64,000 nucleotides of DNA from Acidobacteriota bacterium (GCA_036507075.1 DASXQR010000187.1:12519-76518), one strand, 5' to 3'; shown: positions 8,884 to 19,026, counted from the first letter of the stretch. Numbers and translations are program-made. Notes: generated from the letters alone by a model not told the origin.

Positions 8884-10548
8884 TCAATTTCCGGCCGCCG
8901 CCTGCGTGAGCAGGCGCAGGCGGCTTACGCCATCAAGTTTTTCCGGCGTTTTCACACCCAGCAGCTCTGCCAGTGTGGGGGCGATATCTGTAGTGTGCAC
9001 CTCTTCAGGAATGGTCTTGTGCCCCGTCGCTCTTTTGAAAAGAACCAGGGGCACCCAACTGTCGTAACGGTACGGAGAGCCGTGCGTGGTTCCCGTGGTG
9101 CCGGTAGAAGGAATGTAATTCTCGCGAAATTGAATAATGACGTCGCCGCTGCGCGCCTCGTTGAAGGCATTTCGCAGCAATTTCAATATCGGGTCCGGGT
9201 TCTTAACGGCAAGGTGAATGTCTGACCGCCCGTAGACGGCAGCCACCGCAGGAAGCCCAAGTAAATACTCCTTGGCGGCCGCCTCCACTTCAGATCGTTT
9301 CAGGTCGTGCTGCCCGAGCGCTGGGTAGTTCAAGTAAATATTGGTGCTGTAATAACCCAGGATCCAGTTTTCCTTGAATCCAAGTTTTCTGCTCAGATGA
9401 TCGTTCAGCCTCTGAAACAACAGTCTATCCTGCTTTGTCAGGCGCGACGCCCTGGTTCCATGAGAAGACAACTCCTCGGGCAACGGCAGCACTCCATGGT
9501 CCGCACTCAGAACGATCACCAGATTCTCAGCACCCACTTCAGCTTTCAAGAAGTCAATGAATTGCTGCAGGAATAGGTCCAGACGCAGTAACTGATCCGC
9601 CATTTCATGGCTGGAGGGCCCAAAGGCATGCCCGATGTAGTCTGTCGCGCTCAATCCGACGCACAGCACGTCGGTGACATCGCGCTTGCCCAACTGATTC
9701 GCAGTCACGGCCTCGCGCGCCGCGGTAAGGACCACTTCATCCAGAAAAGGCGTCTCGATAAATGAGGAGTAGAAGGACGCGTTGGCGAGGGCAGTAAAAC
9801 CTCCGATCACATGCGGAAATGTCCGATCCGAGCCGCCCTCGTTGGGCGCGTCGTCCGGGCCGAATTGACGGTAAAACTCCGCCGGCTTCAGGTAATCCCA
9901 GGTTTTTCCAAAGTAGGAAACTGGAAGCTGCCTCTTGTTAAAGGAATCGACCCACTTTGCATAACGCCGCTGGTAGTAAGTGCTGGTTTCCATCCGGCCG
10001 TTTTGCTCGTTATACCAAAGGACCTCATCCGCATCCTGGCCAGCCATTAAGATGGCGCTGCGATCTTTCCCCGCCAGCGACACGACGCGGGACTGCGGCG
10101 ACTGGGCCTTGATCCAGTCTCCGAGCGTCGTGGCCCTCAAACTTCGCGGAGAACGACCCTCGGCCTTTGCATTGTCAAGGATTGGATACGCGTCATCCGC
10201 AGTGCAGTAAACCAACGCTCGGCGATCCCGGTCGTACCAGTAATTTGCCACGATTCCGTTGCTGCCGGGATTCAGGCCGGTAAGCAGAGTCGAGTGACCG
10301 GGAGCCGTCTCGGTCAGGAAATGATTCTGATGCGCATCCTGAAACACCACGCCGGAGTCATGAAGCCATTTGAAGCCGCCGGAGAAATATTTCTGGAACT
10401 TGGTCAAGTAATCGGCGCGCATCTGATCGACACTGATGGCGACGACCAGCATGGGTTTGGCCGAGGCGCCGGGCGCTGCTGCAGCAAGAAGAGTGAATGA
10501 GAGAAAGAAAATCAGGCCGATTCTGATTCGAAAACAGTTCTTATTCAT
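8884..10548 (-). CDS. Alkaline phosphatase family protein (PhoK/PafA-like), secreted
   Basis: Signal peptide; VDQMRADYL, TETAPGH, KDRSAI, DYIGHAFGP, SADHG, THGSPY. Confidence 0.9.
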   Translation of the reverse strand: MNKNCFRIRIGLIFFLSFTLLAAAAPGASAKPMLVVAISVDQMRADYLTKFQKYFSGGFKWLHDSGVVFQDAHQNHFLTETAPGHSTLLTGLNPGSNGIVANYWYDRDRRALVYCTADDAYPILDNAKAEGRSPRSLRATTLGDWIKAQSPQSRVVSLAGKDRSAILMAGQDADEVLWYNEQNGRMETSTYYQRRYAKWVDSFNKRQLPVSYFGKTWDYLKPAEFYRQFGPDDAPNEGGSDRTFPHVIGGFTALANASFYSSFIETPFLDEVVLTAAREAVTANQLGKRDVTDVLCVGLSATDYIGHAFGPSSHEMADQLLRLDLFLQQFIDFLKAEVGAENLVIVLSADHGVLPLPEELSSHGTRASRLTKQDRLLFQRLNDHLSRKLGFKENWILGYYSTNIYLNYPALGQHDLKRSEVEAAAKEYLLGLPAVAAVYGRSDIHLAVKNPDPILKLLRNAFNEARSGDVIIQFRENYIPSTGTTGTTHGSPYRYDSWVPLVLFKRATGHKTIPEEVHTTDIAPTLAELLGVKTPEKLDGVSRLRLLTQAAAGN

Positions 10549-10572
10549 GGAAGTGATCCTGCACCGTTTATG

Positions 10573-10624
10573 CTAGTAGTTAATTCCAAAGATTCGAGCA
10601 AGAATTTTTGAAACTAAGTACTAG
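10573..10624. repeat. 52-bp CTAG-bounded miniature inverted-repeat element
   Basis: ctagtagttaattccaaa ... tttgaaactaagtactag imperfect IR; related sequence at about 60340-60375. Confidence 0.6.
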
Positions 10625-10627
10625 CTA

Positions 10628-11620
10628 TTACATTTCCCACTGCATCAGGATACCACCCGAGGTGAAGCCCGCTCCAAAACTGGCCAGCAGCACCAGGTCT
10701 CCATGCTTTAGCCGCTTGCTTTCCAGGGCTTCCGCGAGACCGATGGGAATGGTTGCAGCCGTGGTGTTGGCGTATTTTTGAATATTGATCAGCACCTGGT
10801 CCTCGCACAAGTTCAATTTCTGCATGCTCGCCTGGATAATCCTGAGATTGGCCTGATGTGGAACGTACAACGCCAAGTCTTGCGGGGTGTAGCCGTTTTT
10901 CTGCAGGATTTCGCGTGAGATGTCCACCATTCCCTTCACGGCAAACTTGAAAACCGTCTTGCCATCCTGATGCACGAAATGCATATTTCGATCGACCGTT
11001 TCGTGCGAGGAAGGGTGAAGACTTCCACCTCCCGGCATGTAAAGGAATTTTCCGCCCCTGCCATCGCTCTTGAGGACAAAATCAAAGATCCCACGTTCGC
11101 CATCCTCAGCCGGCTCCAGCAGCACGGCGCCCGCGCCGTCGCCGAACAGAACGCACGTAGCTCGATCCTTGAAATTCACGATAGAACTCATCACGTCGGA
11201 GCCGACCACGAGAACCTTCTTATGCGCGCCGGTGGAAATGAATTGAGCGCCGCTGGCGAGGGCGTAAAGGAATCCGGAGCAGGCGCCGGACAGGTCAAAG
11301 CCCCACGCGCGTGTAGCCCCGATCTTTTCCTGGACGACACAGGCCGTTGAGGGAAAAAACATGTCAGGGGTAACCGTCGCCACGATGATCAGATCGATCT
11401 CGTCGGCACTGATATCCCGCTGTTCAAGAAGCTGCTTTACAGCCAGCGCGGCCAGGTCGCTGTTGGCCTGTCCGTCGCTGACCACGCGCCTCTCGGAAAT
11501 GCCGGTGCGCTCCAGTATCCAGGAGTCAGAAGTTTCAACCATCGTTTCCAGGTCTGAATTGGTGAGACGCTTCTCAGGCAGATACTTCCCGATGGCCGTA
11601 ATCTTCGCGTTGCGAAACAA
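10628..11620 (-). CDS. fabH: Beta-ketoacyl-ACP synthase III
   Basis: ACSGF catalytic Cys, [26 protein letters not shown]. Confidence 0.95.
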   Translation of the reverse strand: MFRNAKITAIGKYLPEKRLTNSDLETMVETSDSWILERTGISERRVVSDGQANSDLAALAVKQLLEQRDISADEIDLIIVATVTPDMFFPSTACVVQEKIGATRAWGFDLSGACSGFLYALASGAQFISTGAHKKVLVVGSDVMSSIVNFKDRATCVLFGDGAGAVLLEPAEDGERGIFDFVLKSDGRGGKFLYMPGGGSLHPSSHETVDRNMHFVHQDGKTVFKFAVKGMVDISREILQKNGYTPQDLALYVPHQANLRIIQASMQKLNLCEDQVLINIQKYANTTAATIPIGLAEALESKRLKHGDLVLLASFGAGFTSGGILMQWEM

Positions 11621-11684
11621 TTCAACTCCCGTGGGTTAAACTAAAAACAGATATCTGTAACATGTTCGAGTAAATAGTTGCAAG

Positions 11685-11948
11685 GTTGTCGGTAGTCCGT
11701 GGTCAGTGGTCAGTTGGCCAGTGAGTTACGGGTTTACGGGTTTACGGGTTTACGGGTTCCGGGTTACGGGTGCCGGGTTACGCGTTTCGTTCCTATTTTC
11801 AAATTACGGGTTCAAAATTGAAAATTCCTTAGGTGTGGCTGTCGGGCACGTTGAATTTTAAATTTGCAATCTCCCAACCCGGAACCCGTAAACCCGTAAC
11901 TCGCTGGCCAACCGACCACGGACAACTGACAACGGATAACGGACAACG
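11685..11948. repeat. Nested inverted heptamer arrays (TGGTCAG/GTTGTCC outside, GGGTTAC inside)
   Basis: G/T-rich repeats on left, complementary aacccgt and gacaac repeats on right, AT-rich spacer. Confidence 0.8.
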
Positions 11949-12029
11949 CCAAGCTATAATGATTTGGAGCCACATCAATGATATGGATAAGGAATAACGA
12001 GTTTTAAGGCACGACAGGAGGAAACACCT

Positions 12030-12374
12030 ATGGGCAGGAATAACGGCAGAGCAAGCGGTCTGGTCCTCTTTCTCGGCGGAGCCGTCGCCGGCGCAACGCT
12101 GGCGCTTTTGTTCGCTCCCCAGTCTGGAGAAAAGACCCGTAAAGAAATTCAAAAATTCGGCAGGCGGGCGCTCAATCGAGCGGACGCTTTTCAGTCCGAA
12201 TTGCGCGAGCAGGTCAACGACCTGATCGAAAGTGTAGTGGAAACCAGCAGCCACGGAATGGAAAGGGGAAAAGCGCTTACTGAAAAGATCCGAAGTGAAG
12301 TAGTTGATATTCTGGATACCGGCCGCAAGGTACTGGAAAACGAAAAGAACCGCGTGCAGCAGATCTTCCGGTAA
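12030..12374 (+). CDS. YtxH domain-containing protein
   Basis: GGAVAGATLALLFAPQSGEKTR; GGAGG SD. Confidence 0.85.
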   Translation: MGRNNGRASGLVLFLGGAVAGATLALLFAPQSGEKTRKEIQKFGRRALNRADAFQSELREQVNDLIESVVETSSHGMERGKALTEKIRSEVVDILDTGRKVLENEKNRVQQIFR

Positions 12375-12390
12375 CCGAACTATTCAAAAA

Positions 12391-12553
12391 ACTGAACCGC
12401 CAAGGCCGCCAAGAACGCTAAGAACAGCGCAAGGGACGGGGCTTAGACTCCGGTGTCAGGTACACAAACTTGAAATGGCGTCAAATTTGCAAACCTGACA
12501 CCGGAGTCTAAGCCCCGTCCCTTGCGCTATCTTGGCGCTCTTGGCGGTTTAGT
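12391..12553. repeat. ACCGCCAAG 9-mer element with perfect 36-bp inner stem
   Basis: agcgcaagggacggggcttagactccggtgtcaggt (12426-12461) is exact reverse complement of 12493-12528; lies between convergent genes. Confidence 0.92.
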
Positions 12554-12571
12554 CTTCTCGAATACTCCGGA

Positions 12572-13093
12572 CTAGATGAACATCTCTTCATCCTCGGCAG
12601 AGCGTGCATCCATCCGGTCCCTTCTCCTGGAAAACAGATAGTCGAAGCCGGACCGGACTGCCTTTATAAAGGATGAAATTTCCATGGCGGGAACGAGCAC
12701 GTCACGCTGGATGCTTGCTGTGGTTTCCTCGAATTTTTGAACGGTGTCGGTGACGACATAATCGAGTTTGGTCGCCTGCACCTTCACCGTCTCTGTAATT
12801 TCCTGAACAAACGAATCGAGCTTTTTGGCTCTTAGGCGCGCAATTTCGACAATTTCCGAAATATTGTTGCTTACGGTCTGCGACACGCGGCCGAGAGGCC
12901 TGAGCGACTCAAGCAGGCTTCCGGCCTGGGAAATCAAATGATTCGCGCGTCGCTCCAAATCATCCGTGAGCTTCTGCACCCGTGTCGTGACCAATCCTAT
13001 ACGCCGGGCGATTAAAAACAGCGCGATGCCCTGCAAAACAAACCCGGTTGCTGTCACAGCAACCAGAATCAGCATCCAGATCGTGTTCTCCAC
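12572..13093 (-). CDS. Membrane-anchored coiled-coil protein (DUF948/YtxG-like)
   Basis: N-terminal TM helix, helical body, EDEEMFI end; directly downstream of a YtxH gene. Confidence 0.6.
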   Translation of the reverse strand: MENTIWMLILVAVTATGFVLQGIALFLIARRIGLVTTRVQKLTDDLERRANHLISQAGSLLESLRPLGRVSQTVSNNISEIVEIARLRAKKLDSFVQEITETVKVQATKLDYVVTDTVQKFEETTASIQRDVLVPAMEISSFIKAVRSGFDYLFSRRRDRMDARSAEDEEMFI

Positions 13094-13108
13094 AGATACT
13101 CTTCGACC

Positions 13109-13441
13109 TCACTCTTCCTGGAGCTTGGACTTCTCGTCGCGGTATGCCTGTTTGCCCGCCTCGATAGCGGCGCTCAGTTGCTCTTTCTGCCGGCCCAGCA
13201 CCTCGACGCTTCGATCTTTCAGGCCGCTGGCCTGACTCTGCAGGCCGCGAGTGCCCGCACCGACGCGTTCGGCAACTTCGCGGCTCCTGGTCGAAAGGAA
13301 ATCCGCGCCTTCTTTCGCCTTCCCGGCAATTACGTCACGCGTTTCTTTCCCGGACTTGGGCGCCATCAACAAAGCCACTGATGCGCCGACGAAGCTTCCG
13401 ATCAAAAAGTACAAAAAATTTTCACCTGATTTATTCGCCAT
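13109..13441 (-). CDS. YtxH domain-containing protein
   Basis: FLIGSFVGASVALLMAPKSGKETR, AAIEAGKQAY; GGAGG SD. Confidence 0.88.
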   Translation of the reverse strand: MANKSGENFLYFLIGSFVGASVALLMAPKSGKETRDVIAGKAKEGADFLSTRSREVAERVGAGTRGLQSQASGLKDRSVEVLGRQKEQLSAAIEAGKQAYRDEKSKLQEE

Positions 13442-13552
13442 GGTGATCTTCCTCCAACCACTTTAGTTAGTGGTAAGCTACCATTGACAACCATCGAAGT
13501 CAATTCGCCGTGGTTATTTCAGGAGCTACGTAACTACCTAGGAATCAAGAAT

Positions 13553-14326
13553 TTGGGAAAACCTAAGACGGCTCTCAGCATTGCCGGGTCGGACAGCGGC
13601 GGCTGCTCGGGGATTCAGGCGGACCTGCGTACGTTTGCCCGTTTTGGAGTGCATGGAGCCTCGGCAATCACCTGCATCACCGCGCAGAATACTCGCGGCG
13701 TTCAAAAGGTCGTTCCCCTCTTACCGGCAACCGTGACCGGGCAGATTGAATCGGTCCTCTCCGACATCGGGTGTGACGCCGCAAAGACCGGAATGCTGGG
13801 TACCGGCGAGATTATCCGGGCCGTGGCGCGCTGTTTGAGAAAATGGAAGGTACGCAATCTGGTTGTCGATCCGGTAATGGTCTCGACTTCCGGGGTCGAA
13901 CTGCTGCAAAGAAGTGCCATTTCCACGCTGTGCGAGAAACTCATACCTCTCGCTCGTCTGGTCACGCCCAATCTGCTTGAAGCCGAGCGCATACTCAAAC
14001 AACCGGTTCGAAGTATCAGCGACATGGAATCTGCTGCCAAGCGCCTGTACGACTGGACCGGTTGCGCGGTGTTAATCAAAGGCGGGCACCTGGATGACAA
14101 ACCGACAGACGTGCTGTATGCCGGAACGAGATGTGTTCGCTTCACATGCGCTCGAGTGCGAACCCGCAACACCCGCGGGTCCGGGTGCAGTCTTTCGGCG
14201 GCCATCGCTGCCAATCTGGCGCGACATGTCGGCTTGGAGGACGCCATCGCAAAGGCCAAAGACTATGTCACAGAGGCTCTGCGGAAGAGCTACAGAATAG
14301 GAGCCGGGCCGGGCCGGTTGGGTTAG
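13553..14326 (+). CDS. thiD: Hydroxymethylpyrimidine/phosphomethylpyrimidine kinase
   Basis: LSIAGSDSGGCSGIQADL, TAQNT, KTGML, VDPVM, TPN, KGGH, TRGSGCSLS; TTG start inferred. Confidence 0.93.
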   Translation: MGKPKTALSIAGSDSGGCSGIQADLRTFARFGVHGASAITCITAQNTRGVQKVVPLLPATVTGQIESVLSDIGCDAAKTGMLGTGEIIRAVARCLRKWKVRNLVVDPVMVSTSGVELLQRSAISTLCEKLIPLARLVTPNLLEAERILKQPVRSISDMESAAKRLYDWTGCAVLIKGGHLDDKPTDVLYAGTRCVRFTCARVRTRNTRGSGCSLSAAIAANLARHVGLEDAIAKAKDYVTEALRKSYRIGAGPGRLG

Positions 14327-14752
14327 CGGGTTACGAGTTGGCGAGTTGCGGGTTGATGAGTTGCGGAAGACGGAAAGCAGGAGGCAGGAGGCAGGAAGCA
14401 GCAAGCAGGCGTATCGTCCCAGTACATATCTGGAAGCCGGCCACAAAAGCATTCACCGCCGAGGCGCAGAGTACGCTGAGATTTCGCGGAGGCTGGACTG
14501 CAACTCTGCGAGACCTCGGCGATCTCGGCGACTCTGCGGTGAAAGCACTATGACCAATCGGCAGCCGGCAAATATAAGCACCACGCTCTTGCAGGCATGG
14601 TTGGGGTTGCAGTTCGTTGTCCAGTTTATGAATAATCCGGGCTTACGCGCGCGGTTCGACTGGGAGCTATGCCTCCTGCCTCCTGCCTCCTGCCTCCTGC
14701 CTCCTGCCTTCCGCCTCCTGCCTCCTGCCTTCCGCCTTCCGCCAACCCGCTG
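14327..14752. repeat. Multi-layer inverted repeat element (GGGTT, GGAGGCA/CTCCTGC heptamers, inner 9-mer IR)
   Basis: gcaggaggcaggaggcagg left and long (ctcctgc)n right; inner caccgccgaggcgcagag...ctctgcggtg about 14453-14543; gaataatccgggct MITE end near 14631-14644. Confidence 0.8.
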
Positions 14753-14755
14753 CCC

Positions 14756-15799
14756 TTACTCCCCGGTCTCGAATTCCAATCTGACCATATCGAGAATGGT
14801 CACCAGAAATACGATGATAACCGGGCCGAGAATAAGTCCTGAGAATCCGAAAATGGCAATGCCCCCCAGAATTCCAAAAAAAATCAGAAGCGCGTGCATC
14901 CCCTGAGAGGTTTTATGAATTACAAACGGACGCACAATGTTGTCCAAGGTTGAAATCACCAAAGCTCCATAAAGGGCCAGTACCAGGGCCCTGCCCCAAG
15001 ATTCGGTCAGCAGAAGATAAAGAGTTGCCGGCACCCATACCAGGCCGGTTCCTACCATCGGCACCATCGAAGTAAACGCGGCCATTGATGCCCACAGAAA
15101 CGCATTATGAAAACCGAGCAACCACAGTATCAGTCCGGTCGCTATCCCCTGAGCGAGCGCTGTGATAAAGGTTCCAAAGAATGTTGCGCGGATCATTTCC
15201 TCGAGCCTGTCCACCATCAGATTCTTGTGAGAGCGACTGAGCGGGATCACTTCCTTGATTTGCCTGAGGAACGAGTGCCCGTCGCGGAACAGGAAAAACA
15301 AAGTGAAGATCATGATGAAAAAGTCAGCCACAATGCCGGCAAAACCGGCCAAAATGGTGGAGCTGTTACGCACCAGAAACATCCCTCCTTCATGGACCGC
15401 CGTATCGATGCTGCTGCGCAGATCGGTCTGGGGGAGTCCAAGAATCCTCCGTGCCCGGTTCCATGCCGCGATCGTTTTCGCGCTCCCGGCAACCTGGACA
15501 TTCCATTTCTGGTAGTCACCCATGGCGCGCTGTATCTCCGAGACCAGGGTGTTTGCCAGAAGAAATGTGGGAATAATGATCAGGATCGTGAGCGAAAAAC
15601 ACATCACAAACGCCGCCAGGTTGCGCCTGTCGCCCAGTCTACGTTTGAGAGCATCATAAAGCGGATGGAATAACGTGACTGCAACCACAGCAAGCAGAAT
15701 GGGCGTGATGAAAGGGGATAAAATCAAAAAAAACAGCGCCAGCACCACTCCGAAACAGGCCAGCAGAAACGTTCTGGACGATTTGGAACTATCGGCCAC
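14756..15799 (-). CDS. AI-2E family transporter (UPF0118)
   Basis: Multiple TM helices, FFLFRDG, PMVGTGLVWVP, DNIVRP, GILGGIAIFGFSGLILGP. Confidence 0.9.
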   Translation of the reverse strand: MADSSKSSRTFLLACFGVVLALFFLILSPFITPILLAVVAVTLFHPLYDALKRRLGDRRNLAAFVMCFSLTILIIIPTFLLANTLVSEIQRAMGDYQKWNVQVAGSAKTIAAWNRARRILGLPQTDLRSSIDTAVHEGGMFLVRNSSTILAGFAGIVADFFIMIFTLFFLFRDGHSFLRQIKEVIPLSRSHKNLMVDRLEEMIRATFFGTFITALAQGIATGLILWLLGFHNAFLWASMAAFTSMVPMVGTGLVWVPATLYLLLTESWGRALVLALYGALVISTLDNIVRPFVIHKTSQGMHALLIFFGILGGIAIFGFSGLILGPVIIVFLVTILDMVRLEFETGE

Positions 15800-16526
15800 G
15801 AATCACCTCACGGTAGTAATCACAGACGGCAGTGAGATTGCACCTATCGCATAATGGCTTGCGTGCCTGGCATACCTTGCGACCGTGCCAGATCATCTGG
15901 TGACCAAAGGAGATCCATCGCTCCCTTGGAATCTTTGCGGTCAGATCCTGTTCAATCTTTTCGGGGTCTTCATTTTCGGTGAGCCCCAGCCTTTGGCTGA
16001 CCCGACGCACGTGAGTGTCGACCACAATCCCTTCGGCGATTCCAAAGGCGGTTCCCAGCACCACGTTGGCAGTCTTGCGCGCAACGCCCGGCAGCGTCAG
16101 AAGCTGGTCCATCCGCCGGGGAACTTTGCCTCTGAACTCCCTGTCAAGAATCGTGGCTGCACCTTTAATGCTCTTGGTCTTATTTCTGAAAAACCCTGTG
16201 GTTTTGATCTCTTCCTGGAGAATCTCCGGATCTGCTTTTGCATAGTCTCCGACAGTCTTGTATTTCTTGAACAGATGCGGCGTGACTTTGTTGACGCGCG
16301 TGTCTGTGCATTGCGCCGACAGGATTGTCGCGACCAGCAGTTGGAGGGGGTTTTGAAAATCCAAGGCGCACCGGGCGTCCGGGTAAGCTTCGTCCAGGCC
16401 CTCGAGAATCTTCGCGACTTTCGCGGGCGTGCTGAGGTTTTTAGTAGAAAGCTGTCGAGGAGAGGGCGGCTTGCCCGACCTTTTGCCGGGGCGGACTTTC
16501 GACTGTACCTTTGCCATTGCTGTCAT
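15789..16526 (-). CDS. nth: Endonuclease III
   Basis: LLVATILSAQCTD, LPGVARKTAN HhH, VDTHV, C-X6-C-X2-C-X5-C Fe-S motif. Confidence 0.96.
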   Translation of the reverse strand: MTAMAKVQSKVRPGKRSGKPPSPRQLSTKNLSTPAKVAKILEGLDEAYPDARCALDFQNPLQLLVATILSAQCTDTRVNKVTPHLFKKYKTVGDYAKADPEILQEEIKTTGFFRNKTKSIKGAATILDREFRGKVPRRMDQLLTLPGVARKTANVVLGTAFGIAEGIVVDTHVRRVSQRLGLTENEDPEKIEQDLTAKIPRERWISFGHQMIWHGRKVCQARKPLCDRCNLTAVCDYYREVIRGR

Positions 16527-16698
16527 CCTGCTGATAATTCTCCATTTAGAGTACCTGAAAAACTCATCAACTTCCCATCCAGAAGTGTATCTTTAGAAGT
16601 AGCAGGCAGACAGGGGTAAAATTTACCTGCGTGCTCTGTCCGTGGTTTGTCGCATCCAGCAGAAGGGCTGCGAGCCGACGAGAGGATGGTGGAAAGCA

Positions 16699-16953
16699 AT
16701 GAAATATAGAGTTTTACAGTGGCTCTCGCTGTTTATTGTTGCGGCCGGGGTCCTGTTTTTTCTCACTTTCGAATCGAAGGCGACCCTCAAGTACACAAAA
16801 GAGACCGAAAAGAACTGCGCGTTCTGCCATACCGGTATTCCCCGCAAGGGAGATGAGAACCCGCAACTTACTGAAGACGGAAAGCGTTTCAAGGAAAACG
16901 GCTACAAGCTGACAGACGCGCAAAAAGAAAAGCCTAACCCGCAGAGGGATTGA
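16699..16953 (+). CDS. Small exported monoheme c-type cytochrome
   Basis: Signal peptide followed by CAFCH heme-binding motif. Confidence 0.7.
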   Translation: MKYRVLQWLSLFIVAAGVLFFLTFESKATLKYTKETEKNCAFCHTGIPRKGDENPQLTEDGKRFKENGYKLTDAQKEKPNPQRD

Positions 16954-17020
16954 GGGATTGAGGGATGGAGGGTAATCGCATGTCCCTCCGTCCCTTCATC
17001 CCTCCATCCCTCCATCCCTC
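16944..17020. repeat. Inverted octamer arrays (GAGGGATT / ATCCCTCC)
   Basis: (gagggatt)n left and (tccctcca)n right between two convergent genes. Confidence 0.85.
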
Positions 17021-18260
17021 AGTCGAAATAGGTGCCACTCGGGATCACCACTACGCCGTTTGCGCTTAAGGTAAATCGGCTGCCGTCTTCGCCCTGATCG
17101 ACGCCAATCTGCGTGCCGTCGGGGATCCGCACTCCTTCATCAATGATCACTTTGCGAAGGTTGCAGTTTCGGCCCACCTCAACGTTCTCCATCAGAATTG
17201 AATCGGCCACCTTCGAATAACTTCGGACGCGCACGCCCGGCGAAAGAATACTGCGGCGCACCAAACCGCCGCTGATAATGCAGCCGCTCGAGATGATCGA
17301 ATCCAGGCAGGTTCCAACGCGAGACTGGTCAGGAAGATCGAACAGCATCTTTGCCGGAGGGCGCTGAGGCTGCAGCGTTCGAATGGGCCATTCCGGATCG
17401 TATAGATTGAACGCCGGATTCACTGATACCAGATCCATGCTCGCGTCATAATAAGAGTCGAGCGTCCCGATGTCGCGCCAGTATTCACTCGCCTGACGGT
17501 TTTCGTCCAGAAAGGGATAGGCGTAAATCCCGGCTCCGGAAGAAACCAGACGCGGCATTACGTTCTTGCCAAAGTCGTGGTCCGTAGATTCCTGTTTTGC
17601 GTCCTCTATGACGGCGCGCACCAGTTCCGCCGTGTTGAAGATATAGACTCCCATATTTACAAACAGCTCGGGTTCCGTGGTCAGTGTCTCCGGATTTTCG
17701 GGTTTTTCCACAAACCCGGTTACCCGCCAATCATCCGAGAGTTGAAGCACCCCGAAGCGTCGAGCCTCCCGTGCCGGCACATGCACCGCTCCGATCGTGA
17801 CACTGGCGTTATGCCCGATGTGCGCGTCCAGCATCAGCGAATAATTCATTTTGTAGATGTGATCGCCTGAGAGAACCACAACATGCCCGGGCTGTTCCTC
17901 TTCCAGCAGATCAATATTCTGGTAGACAGCATCGGCGGTTCCACGATACCAGCTGCCTGCAAAATGCTGCTGCGGAGGCACCGTGAAGATAAATTCATCC
18001 TTGTCATGATTGAAAATGTTCCAGCCCAGGCGGATGTGCTTATCAGTGGAAAGAGATCGGTATTGAGTCAGAACATAAATTCGGCGCAGTCCTGAATTGA
18101 GGCAGTTGGAAAGCGTAAAATCCAGAATGCGGTAAACCCCGCCGAACGATACAGACGGCTTGGCTCGCCATTTCGTCAATGGATAAAGCCGCTCCCCCTG
18201 ACCGCCCGCCAAAATCAGGGTGAGTGTCCCGCGGAGCAGATGGGTTCGGTCTGGAATCAT
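17019..18260 (-). CDS. glgC: Glucose-1-phosphate adenylyltransferase
   Basis: ILAGGQGERLYPLT..RAKPSV.FGG.YR, WYRGTADAV, SGDHIYKM, DFGKN, YWRDIGT. Confidence 0.96.
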   Translation of the reverse strand: MIPDRTHLLRGTLTLILAGGQGERLYPLTKWRAKPSVSFGGVYRILDFTLSNCLNSGLRRIYVLTQYRSLSTDKHIRLGWNIFNHDKDEFIFTVPPQQHFAGSWYRGTADAVYQNIDLLEEEQPGHVVVLSGDHIYKMNYSLMLDAHIGHNASVTIGAVHVPAREARRFGVLQLSDDWRVTGFVEKPENPETLTTEPELFVNMGVYIFNTAELVRAVIEDAKQESTDHDFGKNVMPRLVSSGAGIYAYPFLDENRQASEYWRDIGTLDSYYDASMDLVSVNPAFNLYDPEWPIRTLQPQRPPAKMLFDLPDQSRVGTCLDSIISSGCIISGGLVRRSILSPGVRVRSYSKVADSILMENVEVGRNCNLRKVIIDEGVRIPDGTQIGVDQGEDGSRFTLSANGVVVIPSGTYFD

Positions 18261-18321
18261 GAAAGCATGGGCAGCGCCGGTCCGGCCTGCTGTTACCCCG
18301 GATTGTTCACGAACCTAAGCA

Positions 18322-18540
18322 CTAGCCCGGATTATTCATAATCTTTAACCGCGAAGAGCGCCAAGAACGCTAAGACCAGCGCGCGGTGATGGCCTGGAGC
18401 TCAAAGCATGAAGGCCAATAAAGATTGCGTGCTGTTTTTTTCCGTTGGCCTTCATGCTTTGAGCTACAGGCCGTCACCCCGCGCCATCTTGGCGCTCTTA
18501 GCGTTCTTGGCGGTGAAGATTAATGAATAATCCAGGCTAG
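18322..18540. mobile_element. CTAG-bounded MITE-like hairpin element (CCGGATTATTC family)
   Basis: ctagcccggattattcat / atgaataatccaggctag terminal IR enclosing 9-mer IR and a stem of about 38 bp. Confidence 0.8.
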
Positions 18541-18583
18541 CCGCCGATTACGCGACCTACGCCGATTGACAGGGGAGCGGAAA

Positions 18584-18967
18584 TCAGGCTGAAGCGAATC
18601 CCTTCTTCACCAGTACTTCTTCAACTTTCGACTTGAGGACTTCGATGTCGGAAGACTTCACGACATAAGCATCGGCCGCCCAGCTCATGAAATTGTTCTG
18701 ATAGCTGGTGTAAGCGGTATTCAGGATGACAGGGATGTCCCGCTTCTTGCCTAAAATCTTTCCCAGCGCTTCAATACCATCCATCCCCGGCATGCGAATA
18801 TCCAGAATGACGAGATCGGGGCCTTCACTCTCAACCTTTTCCACCGCTGAGGCGCCGTTCTCCGCCAGCAAGACTTCATATCCATACTGTTTAAAGGCTT
18901 TCTCATACAAACGACGTATGTTCTTTTCATCGTCAACAATCAACAGCTTTATCGGCCTGTCTCGCAT
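18584..18967 (-). CDS. Single-domain response regulator
   Basis: LIVDDE, LDIRMPGMDG, TAY, K; no output domain. Confidence 0.93.
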   Translation of the reverse strand: MRDRPIKLLIVDDEKNIRRLYEKAFKQYGYEVLLAENGASAVEKVESEGPDLVILDIRMPGMDGIEALGKILGKKRDIPVILNTAYTSYQNNFMSWAADAYVVKSSDIEVLKSKVEEVLVKKGFASA

Positions 18968-19026
18968 GGCACCTCCTTACCGCAAAAGCTGGCGCTCGAA
19001 TAAGACCGTTTTTACCATGAATACAA

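Noticed and set aside
12391..12553. Long hairpins as ordinary rho-independent terminators
   Set aside because: Stems are far longer than terminators, mostly lack U-tracts and also occur inside operons; incidental termination is possible but not their defining feature.
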